Source: Candidatus Methanoperedenaceae archaeon (GTDB taxonomy: Archaea > Halobacteriota > Methanosarcinia > Methanosarcinales > Methanoperedenaceae). Taken from it: 64,000 bases of DNA. The stretch spans positions 1 to 64,000 of the forward strand of contig CAVWCX010000019.1 of the NCBI GenBank assembly GCA_963753595.1, given 5' to 3'. Below are positions 56,692 to 64,000 of the stretch, one piece after another (position 1 is the first letter of the stretch; each line of letters starts with the position of its first letter). The position numbers and the translations under genes were made by a program. A model generated the notes under the pieces. It was not told the origin of the DNA. It saw nothing but the letters and a program-made list of their open reading frames with translations, and searched no databases.

Positions 56692-57456
56692 TTAACCAAA
56701 GAATTGTTCATAAAGGCTTGAAATTTGAGTGTCAATATTGACCGAATAAGGAAGGAAAATGATCTTTAGATATTTGTCGATGCCAAAAAGCATCATCAAT
56801 CCCACAAGTATCAGGACCAGGCCTGAAAGCTTTTTAAAGAAATGGCTTCTTTTTGAGAACCATTTGACACGGCCTGAAACACTTTTTCCCGAATATGCTA
56901 TTATAAGCATCGGGATGCTGACACCCAGGGAATAAGCAAGAAGAAGAATTACGCCATACGAAATATTTCCTGAGCCTGCTGAACTTTCAGCGACCACAGT
57001 GAACACCGAACCAAGTATTGGGCCCACGCATGGTATCCACAGGATCCCAAGAGACATTCCCAGGAATAGCCCGCCCAGAAGTCCTTCAGGATTGGCTTTT
57101 GAGGTTATTTTCCCAATAAAAGTCACATGCTCACGTAAATAATTCAAGATCGAACTTGAAAAATTCGTATAAATTTCATTTATATCATCATCAAACAGCA
57201 CCGCACCCATTCCGATAATTACAAATATCGAGAACCAGCGCAGGTAATCTGTAAAAAAGCTGAATGATGCCACTGTAAAAACAAGAAGCCCCATCAGTGT
57301 GAAGCTCAATGTCATTCCAGTGACTATTGCAAGCGGACGAAGCCTGCTCCCCACAGAACCCGATAATACCGCAGGAAGGATTGGAAGAACGCACGGCGTT
57401 GCAACTGTTGCCATTCCGGCAAGGAATACCAGTAATATGGGGGGAGCTACAGACAT
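56692..57456 (-). CDS. ccdA: CcdA/DsbD-type transmembrane disulfide reductase
   Basis: TPCVLPILP and WIPCVGPILG. Confidence 0.92.
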   Translation of the reverse strand: MSVAPPILLVFLAGMATVATPCVLPILPAVLSGSVGSRLRPLAIVTGMTLSFTLMGLLVFTVASFSFFTDYLRWFSIFVIIGMGAVLFDDDINEIYTNFSSSILNYLREHVTFIGKITSKANPEGLLGGLFLGMSLGILWIPCVGPILGSVFTVVAESSAGSGNISYGVILLLAYSLGVSIPMLIIAYSGKSVSGRVKWFSKRSHFFKKLSGLVLILVGLMMLFGIDKYLKIIFLPYSVNIDTQISSLYEQFFG

Positions 57457-57457
57457 T

Positions 57458-58726
57458 TTATGTTTTAGCTACCGCATCGATATTATCATTTTCGGCCTGT
57501 ACCGTAAAAATGTCTCCTGTCATTTTGATCACGAGAATATTACCTTTTGTTTCGGGATTATATTTGGCAAGACCTGCAGGAACAGACTTTGTATCCGTTA
57601 TGCGAAATGCCCTGACAAGTTCTACATTACCTCCGGCAGAAGTCAAACTCTCATAATTCATATCTGAAAAACCAGTCTTTTCCGAGATTACAAGTGCATA
57701 CGCAGCATTCTGGTAATCCACTGCATCAAGCAGGGGTTTATAATCCGAATATGAAGTAGCCATACTATTCGGATCATTTATCAATTTTGCAACATTATCC
57801 ACATTCTGGCTATGTCCGTATATTAACGGTCTTGTCATTACAATATTTTTCATTTCCGGCTGGATCTTTGCTTTAATAGAAGCATCATTTGTACTGTCAT
57901 AACCCAGGTCACGAAGTTCTATCCATGAATTCGGGCTGAAATCAGCGCTGTACAAACCTATTTCATTCTTACCATAGAAACCATCCGGCTCTACCTGCTT
58001 TAATATCTGCGCTTGCATTTGGGTTCCAGCTATCATCTTTCTATTTACAAAATATGCGCGGTTCACACCGGCAGGCGTGAGTTTCAAGCCATCGGCAAGG
58101 GATTTGAAATTGCCTGGCAGTGACAGCGTTGACAGGTCAATTGAGGGAGCAGGCGTGACAGCAGATAATCCAGTAACAGGAATTCCTGTTGGGAAGTAAC
58201 TCTGGGTTTTTGTTGCTATCCCGACACAGACATCACAGAATGAAGCATGGTCGTCATAAACCCCATCATTAGAAATGAAGCAATCTCTTACAGACATATG
58301 AGGTTTTCCCCCGGATGTTATACTTCCATGGTCTCCGCAACCGCAGTAACATGGTATCTGCTCCAGCACCTCCGGGTGCTCAGTCGCATATTTATATGCT
58401 TTTAATGTCATCGCGTTTGTAACGGCAAAATCCGGAAGTTTGCCTGCAGGTCTTGGTGTAAGTATCGGTAAATAATTATCCACAACAGGTGGCGTGTTTG
58501 TCCCTGAACCCCCTCTGTTTCCATATTCTTTATCGATCAATGCCCTTACTTCCTTAAGGGTCATTTTCTGTTTTGTATCTGTTTTCTGAGAATCACCAGG
58601 CAGCAGGAAGAATACTCCGATGAGAATAATTGCTGCGACTGCAATTATTACAATATTATTATTTCCTTTCTTTTTCGGTATCTTTTTGCTTTTCTTTGCA
58701 TCATCTAATTTTTTTTCAGGCTTCAT
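57458..58726 (-). CDS. Membrane-anchored PCYCGC-motif protein with an extra C-terminal domain of about 220 aa
   Basis: AY.YA.EHPEVLEQIPCYCGCGDHG...HMSVRDCF...YDDHASFCDVC. Confidence 0.85.
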   Translation of the reverse strand: MKPEKKLDDAKKSKKIPKKKGNNNIVIIAVAAIILIGVFFLLPGDSQKTDTKQKMTLKEVRALIDKEYGNRGGSGTNTPPVVDNYLPILTPRPAGKLPDFAVTNAMTLKAYKYATEHPEVLEQIPCYCGCGDHGSITSGGKPHMSVRDCFISNDGVYDDHASFCDVCVGIATKTQSYFPTGIPVTGLSAVTPAPSIDLSTLSLPGNFKSLADGLKLTPAGVNRAYFVNRKMIAGTQMQAQILKQVEPDGFYGKNEIGLYSADFSPNSWIELRDLGYDSTNDASIKAKIQPEMKNIVMTRPLIYGHSQNVDNVAKLINDPNSMATSYSDYKPLLDAVDYQNAAYALVISEKTGFSDMNYESLTSAGGNVELVRAFRITDTKSVPAGLAKYNPETKGNILVIKMTGDIFTVQAENDNIDAVAKT

Positions 58727-58739
58727 TTTAATGCCTCCT

Positions 58740-59207
58740 TTATTTTATAATTTTATTTATTTCATCAAGGAACGTTTGATTTGTCCTGTATCCAAGTAAT
58801 CTTTTTATTTCAGTCCCATTTGAATCGAGGAATATTTCAGTTGGAGTAGCCCGTATTTTAAAATTCCTGGTTTCAGTTTTTTGATTGTCCACATCTATAG
58901 AGACCAGTATGAAATTCTTATTCAATTTTTCGATCACAGTCTCGTTAGTAAAGGTCTCAGATTCGAATAGTTTGCATGCTCCGCAATACTCAGACCTTGC
59001 GTATACAAATAACGGCTTTCCCTGTGTTTTTGCTAAAAGAAGGGCTGGTCCAACTTCTGTGTTGAAGGTCAATCCCTGTAACGTTATCTGTTTTGGTCCA
59101 GGAATCTTTTCATTTGAAATATTACCTGCCTTATCACCCGATTTGGCGCTCAAACATCCTGAAAGCAGGACAAAGAGAATAATTAATACGAATATACATT
59201 TCTTCAA
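58740..59207 (-). CDS. Thioredoxin-fold lipoprotein
   Basis: Lipobox LSGC, EYCGAC, ATPT. Confidence 0.88.
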   Translation of the reverse strand: MKKCIFVLIILFVLLSGCLSAKSGDKAGNISNEKIPGPKQITLQGLTFNTEVGPALLLAKTQGKPLFVYARSEYCGACKLFESETFTNETVIEKLNKNFILVSIDVDNQKTETRNFKIRATPTEIFLDSNGTEIKRLLGYRTNQTFLDEINKIIK

Positions 59208-59333
59208 GGTCTATCCGATTTTACAATGAGTGTAAAGTTATATAAGGATTGTGGTTCATAAGAATTGTAGTTCTCATTGTGAGCAGGCAGGGTTTTATTA
59301 TTATTGCAAGACAATACAGTAATGGTGATTTGA

Positions 59334-59543
59334 ATGCCTTTTGTAAAAATAATTGATACTGTGGGCTCATCGTCCGAAAGCTGGGAGCAGGCTGCAAAAA
59401 ATGCAATTGAGGATGCCTCAAAACTACCGATATTCAAACAAAAAGGTAAGATCACAAAGGCTACTATCAAGGATTTTGATGTAAAGATCGAGGATAATAA
59501 GATAGCTGCTTACCTTTGCAGGGTAGAGATGTTCCTTGAGTGA
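59334..59543 (+). CDS. Dodecin family protein
   Basis: KIID.VGSS.ESWEQAA.NAI..A. Confidence 0.85.
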   Translation: MPFVKIIDTVGSSSESWEQAAKNAIEDASKLPIFKQKGKITKATIKDFDVKIEDNKIAAYLCRVEMFLE

Positions 59544-59545
59544 TC

Positions 59546-59854
59546 ATGCCAGAAATAAGTGATGACGATCTGGAAGCAATGCTTGAGCGTCAGCCTACAT
59601 TGCGTGAAGCAAAAGTAGATGACCATGCCCTCATGGTAAAGGTGCTTGAACATCCTGTCAGGCGAAAGATGATAAAAACCATAGGAGTATTCGGGAAAAC
59701 TAAGGCCGGATTGAAAAAAGAAGTCGGCGTGGATGATGCCATGTTAAATTTCCAGATCGATTTCTTTATTAAAGGAAATTATCTCACAGTTGATGGAGAT
59801 AATTACAGGTTGAATGACAGGGGACTTGTTTTGTTATCGAATATCCCGAAATGA
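59546..59854 (+). CDS. Small winged-helix (ArsR-like) protein
   Basis: LEHPVRRKMI...L.F...Y.L..RG. Confidence 0.65.
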   Translation: MPEISDDDLEAMLERQPTLREAKVDDHALMVKVLEHPVRRKMIKTIGVFGKTKAGLKKEVGVDDAMLNFQIDFFIKGNYLTVDGDNYRLNDRGLVLLSNIPK

Positions 59855-59857
59855 GGG

Positions 59858-60772
59858 CTATGAAATTTCCCGGAATAAGTTAAGTATATTTTTTGCCAGG
59901 AATTCGCTTTTTTCAATTGAGGTCATGATCGTATCAAACCGCACTGTTTTTACCCCAATATCCGAATCCTTTGCAGTATCCCTATCGTCAATGACCATAA
60001 TATCAAGAATATCCCCATAACATCGGGAAACCCCAATTGATGACACGGGATACCCTTTTGCACCCATCAATTTCCCGGCAGGACCACTAACAGGTGAATC
60101 ACCGATTATAGGGCTTACAGCAATAACTTTTTTCTTCTTTAAGACTTCCTTTATCCCTTTTATGGCAAGTATTGGTCCGATGCTTGTTATGGGATTGCTG
60201 GGTCCGATAATTATATTCTCCTCAAGTTTCAGGGCATCCAATACCTCTTTTGTAAGCCTGGCTTTTTTGATCCCTGTAATGTCAACATCAAGAACCTCCG
60301 GATTTCCACGGGAACCGACCCAGAAATCCTGGAAATGCAGGACACATTCCGGCGTTTTTATCATCGTATCCACTTTTTCATTACACATGGGCAGTATCTT
60401 TGCTTTTATTCCAAGCGCTAAAGACAGGGAACGTGTAGCTTCGGTCAAACTGGCCCCATTCTGCATAAGCACCTCCCGATAAATACAGGTGGCACGGTCA
60501 GCATCCCCAAGCATGAGCTTTTCATTGATACCCAATTTTTTTAATGCATTATTAGTATGGAATGTGTCATTCCTGATGCCCCACCACTTTGAGACATCAA
60601 GTGATCCCGAAAAAAGATACAGGATCGTATCCACATCAGGTGAAACAAAGCTGCCTGAAACCATTATATCTTCCGCTGTGTTTACAATTACAGTGATCTC
60701 CTCATCAGGAATGATCTTCCTGAGGCCAGACAAAAGCTTTGGCGTACCTGTTCCGCCAGAGAGGACGATCAT
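59858..60772 (-). CDS. cofD: 2-phospho-L-lactate transferase (F420 biosynthesis)
   Basis: LSGGTGTPKL, VNTAED, SPDVDT, HFQDFWV, GPSNPITSIGP, SGPAGKLM. Confidence 0.95.
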   Translation of the reverse strand: MIVLSGGTGTPKLLSGLRKIIPDEEITVIVNTAEDIMVSGSFVSPDVDTILYLFSGSLDVSKWWGIRNDTFHTNNALKKLGINEKLMLGDADRATCIYREVLMQNGASLTEATRSLSLALGIKAKILPMCNEKVDTMIKTPECVLHFQDFWVGSRGNPEVLDVDITGIKKARLTKEVLDALKLEENIIIGPSNPITSIGPILAIKGIKEVLKKKKVIAVSPIIGDSPVSGPAGKLMGAKGYPVSSIGVSRCYGDILDIMVIDDRDTAKDSDIGVKTVRFDTIMTSIEKSEFLAKNILNLFREIS

Positions 60773-60773
60773 A

Positions 60774-61547
60774 TCATGCCCTCATCTTCCCGAACAATTT
60801 CCCGCCAAGAGCTATCATTGCGAGAGAAAATATTACAAGTACCGCGATGCTTTGCCATATAGGAATTATGGAATTGCCAAGAAGGCAATAACGCAGGGCT
60901 TCAACTCCATAAGTCAGGGGATTCAGGTAAACAAGCGTTTTTAACCAGGCAGGAAGGTTTGAGATCGGGAAAAAAGCCCCGCTTAATAGAACAAGAGGCA
61001 TAGTCAGGAAACTCATCACCATCTGGAAACCTTCATGGCTTTCGATCTTTGAAGCGATCGCGATCCCCAGACCTATGAAACCTATGCCTGATATGAACAT
61101 AACTGCAATACCTGCCAGGACTCCCCATAATGATACATAATGGACACCGATCAGCCTGGCAATGATCATTATCAAAATGCCCTGTATCATCGCTGTCGTG
61201 ACGCCACCTATTGCTTTCCCTAATGAGACATAAAAGCGGCTTACAGGGGCGATCAATATTTCTTTCAGGAATCCGAATTCACGATCCCAGATAATGGACA
61301 CACCTCCCATTAATGAAGCAAAAAGTACAGACATCCCGATAAGACCCGGAGCCAGATAGCTCTTATCAAATGTTCCACCACCCCTGACCTGGAAAGCTGA
61401 ACTGAAACCTGCGCCAAGTATTACCAGGAAAAAAAGAGGTGTTGCAAGCGCCCCTATTATCCGTGATTTTGAGCGGGAGAATCGTAGCATCTCGCGCAGC
61501 CACATTGTATATACTGTCTGGGCCGCCCGATCAATAGTGGTCATCAT
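60774..61547 (-). CDS. ABC-2 type exporter permease
   Basis: DREFGFLKEILIAPVSR, LSGAFFP, NPLTYGV. Confidence 0.92.
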   Translation of the reverse strand: MMTTIDRAAQTVYTMWLREMLRFSRSKSRIIGALATPLFFLVILGAGFSSAFQVRGGGTFDKSYLAPGLIGMSVLFASLMGGVSIIWDREFGFLKEILIAPVSRFYVSLGKAIGGVTTAMIQGILIMIIARLIGVHYVSLWGVLAGIAVMFISGIGFIGLGIAIASKIESHEGFQMVMSFLTMPLVLLSGAFFPISNLPAWLKTLVYLNPLTYGVEALRYCLLGNSIIPIWQSIAVLVIFSLAMIALGGKLFGKMRA

Positions 61548-62542
61548 TTCCTCCTTGATCTCATTTTATACCCGACTTTTTCAATTTCACTTACTTCCTT
61601 ATCCCTTATTGCCTGGCCGGTATAGTGGATAAATACATCGTCAAGCGTGGGTTTCCTGAGACTCACTGAAGTTATGGGTATTCCTGCCTGTGAAGCAAGC
61701 AATAGTATATGAGGGATCTGGCGCTCACCATTATTGACTGTAATAAAAACCTCGCTTTGTTTTTTTGTAACTATATTGGCACATCCGTCTTTCTGGTAAG
61801 AACTGCATAACTTATCGACATCAGCAGGATTTCCAAGCCCGAGTGTTATTACATCCCCCCCAAGCATGTTTTTAAGATCCTGCGGAGTATCAAGAGCAAC
61901 GATCTGGCCATTGTCGATTATTGCTATCCGGTCGCACAATTTATCAGCTTCTTCCATATAATGCGTTGTAAGCAATATGGTTACGCCTTCTTCTTTATTT
62001 AATTTCTTTATATAATCCCATATATGCATGCGCGTCTGCGGATCAAGCCCAAGGGTGGGTTCATCAAGGAACAGGACATGAGGATGATGCATCAGGCCGC
62101 GTGCGATCTCAAGGCGCCTCATCATGCCGCCTGAATAAGTTTTGACAATGGCATCAGCTCTTTCTGCAAGCTCGACAAGAGAAAGCACTTCTTTGATGCG
62201 TTCTTTCCTCGTCTTTCCATCAAGCCCATAGAGCCTGCCGTGAAGGTCAAGGTTCTCCCGGCCTGTAAGCCTGTCATCAAGTGTAGTATCCTGGAAAACA
62301 ACCCCGATATTTTGCCGCACAGAATCCGCATCTTTCATTACATTATGACCCCAGACAAGAGCGCTTCCCCCGGATGGTTCTATCATCGTTGAAAGCATGC
62401 TTATCAATGTGGTTTTCCCGGCCCCGTTCGGACCGAGGAGCCCGAATAATTCCCCGGGTTTTACAGAGATACTGATCTTATTTACTGCAGTCACATCATC
62501 AAAGCGCTTTGTTATTCCTGAGGTTTCAATAGCGTAAAGCAT
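61544..62542 (-). CDS. ABC exporter ATP-binding protein (DrrA-like)
   Basis: GPNGAGKTT, YSGGM, DEPTLGLD, TTHYMEEA, PTLDDVF. Confidence 0.94.
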   Translation of the reverse strand: MLYAIETSGITKRFDDVTAVNKISISVKPGELFGLLGPNGAGKTTLISMLSTMIEPSGGSALVWGHNVMKDADSVRQNIGVVFQDTTLDDRLTGRENLDLHGRLYGLDGKTRKERIKEVLSLVELAERADAIVKTYSGGMMRRLEIARGLMHHPHVLFLDEPTLGLDPQTRMHIWDYIKKLNKEEGVTILLTTHYMEEADKLCDRIAIIDNGQIVALDTPQDLKNMLGGDVITLGLGNPADVDKLCSSYQKDGCANIVTKKQSEVFITVNNGERQIPHILLLASQAGIPITSVSLRKPTLDDVFIHYTGQAIRDKEVSEIEKVGYKMRSRRK

Positions 62543-62628
62543 AGTTTATAAGTTTAATTAATTTGAATGATAATAGAATTTGCCTTAATATTCTGAAATC
62601 AATCAGTTTTTTTAATTATTCGGAAACA

Positions 62629-62700
62629 AACAACTAACTGAACGAACTGATACGAACTCACGCGGACAGAGTTCGTACGTGTTCGTCTTAGTTCGTTGTT
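62629..62700. repeat. REP-like imperfect palindrome, copy 2
   Basis: AACAACTAACTGAACGAACTGATACGAACTC...GAGTTCGTACGTGTTCGTCTTAGTTCGTTGTT. Confidence 0.7.
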
Positions 62701-62733
62701 AATTTATTTCATACCCGACTGAAGTATATAATT

Positions 62734-63891
62734 TTATTCACTCACAGCTACCCTGATACAATCTTCCGTCCTTGCCAGTATACTTTTTACTCCGCAAAGG
62801 TTGGGTACATATTTATGCGCTTTCCCTGAGTTAACCATCATGCATTTGAACTTTTCACTTGCAGGCGACACCACCATGCATGTATCACAAAAAACCTTTG
62901 CACCGCTTTTCTCAATGCGTTTTATCAATTCGGGATTCCTGTTCTTCAAGGCGCGCGAGGTGCAAATCCATACTTCCTTTTTCACTTTTTTCCCATCAAG
63001 GAGTCGTGCCAATTTTTCAAGTTCATCAACGCTGCTGTGAGGGCATCCGAAAGCTATGAGGTCAGGTTCGCCAACTTTATAAACTTCTTTTATCTGTTTC
63101 TCTTCAATGGTTATTTTTTCAGATGGTAATTCATATCTGCCTGATTCCATCGTAACCCCGCGAACGTGATACATCGCCACAGAACCGGAAGCTGCCATTG
63201 CAGCCCCGAGAGATCTGAGTTCATCTTTTGTAGGGATGGTATTCAGGTCAAAAACAGGGACTTTATCACCGATCATCTCACCCACGATGTATCCAAGCGC
63301 ACCATAATCCGAATCATAAAGCTCTGGCTCTACTTCAATGAGAATGACCGGGCGCCTGTTCTCATCCAGATGGAAGCCGTAATTCGGCGTTTTCCCGATA
63401 AGGGCAGCCGAAAGAGCGCTTGGCCCCCCTTCCCTGTTAGTTCGCGCGCCGATCACAGAGTTGGCGTAAGAAATTGCTGATGACTCACTCCATGCCACAT
63501 GGTCGCCGAAACCTGCCAGGTCATCATAGATATTATATGGGGTGCAGGAGCATTCGGTTTTGACACCGAGAGCCTCATACGCTTTGATTATTTCCTGCTG
63601 CTTATACGCAAATTCCTCGCTAATTCCCATTTCTCTCCAGCATTCCATGTCCATGCCTGCGGGATTGAGGATCGACGGCACTACCACTTTTCCTTTCAGG
63701 TCAGATATCCACTCAAGACCCGCATCTCCTATCGTTTTATACGAAACCCCTGCGATCTGGGCGCTCTTTATAGGGATCAGCCGGTCGGCGCCGTATATGT
63801 CGCCAAGGGCGGCGAGTATCTCGATGGCTTTCTGGTATGTGGGGCCGCTTTCTCCGTTAAAGAGCTTTTCTTCATCGGGGGTGAGGTACAT
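62734..63891 (-). CDS. Aconitase X large subunit (probable phosphomevalonate dehydratase large subunit)
   Basis: AQIAGVSYKTIGDAG, CSCTPY, WSESSA..YANSVIGARTN, FGCPH, DTCMVVSP, NSGKA. Confidence 0.9.
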   Translation of the reverse strand: MYLTPDEEKLFNGESGPTYQKAIEILAALGDIYGADRLIPIKSAQIAGVSYKTIGDAGLEWISDLKGKVVVPSILNPAGMDMECWREMGISEEFAYKQQEIIKAYEALGVKTECSCTPYNIYDDLAGFGDHVAWSESSAISYANSVIGARTNREGGPSALSAALIGKTPNYGFHLDENRRPVILIEVEPELYDSDYGALGYIVGEMIGDKVPVFDLNTIPTKDELRSLGAAMAASGSVAMYHVRGVTMESGRYELPSEKITIEEKQIKEVYKVGEPDLIAFGCPHSSVDELEKLARLLDGKKVKKEVWICTSRALKNRNPELIKRIEKSGAKVFCDTCMVVSPASEKFKCMMVNSGKAHKYVPNLCGVKSILARTEDCIRVAVSE

Positions 63892-64000
63892 TCAGGCCTC
63901 CTGTTTATTGGCGTTGTGCTTTCCCATAATATCACTCAAGAGAGTTGTGTAGCTTGAGTATTATTCTTATTGTTGAAATAATCTGTGCAAAACTATCTGC

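Noticed and set aside
52257-62700. ACGAAC repeats as a CRISPR array
   Set aside because: There is no repeat-spacer periodicity, only two dispersed hairpins, and no cas genes.

Overview
A 64-kb archaeal chromosomal segment, most consistent with a Methanosarcinales organism, probably Ca. Methanoperedens (ANME-2d). This is inferred from archaeal translation genes, cofD, DUF2111, group I GroESL, futalosine-pathway mqnA and System I cytochrome c maturation genes. In order, it holds: a partial Fic gene; a CDF transporter; a minus-strand archaellum and chemotaxis cluster (3x arlB, arlFGHIJ, cheYBARCD, with no arlCDE, cheF, cheW or MCP in the window); tRNA-Arg(TCG) and tRNA-Val(GAC) flanking an FtsZ homolog with a C-terminal membrane anchor; groESL; glmU-glmS-glmM-glmU; aIF2beta and rpl10e; CBS-domain genes, a ferritin-like gene and endonuclease IV. 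From about 34.4 to 43.8 kb the sequence is disturbed, with poly-T/poly-A tracts (probably long-read consensus artefacts), IS remnants and a clean mqnA/cupredoxin/Lon-like block. After that come a TPR membrane protein, ileS, a GNAT plus split RLAN/RimK ATP-grasp module, a six-gene redox operon, cofD, an ABC-2 exporter and aconitase X. Several single-base frameshifts, mostly in homopolymers, suggest sequencing error. The best candidate for an undescribed system is the six-gene operon: Trx, PCYCGC protein, CcdA, polyferredoxin membrane protein, Trx and a CcmF carrying an inserted NrfJ-like OB domain. Other leads are the tail-anchored FtsZ, the nested palindromic mini-elements and the phased GTGTG boxes at the motility promoters. 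All family assignments come from motif recognition by eye; no searches were run.
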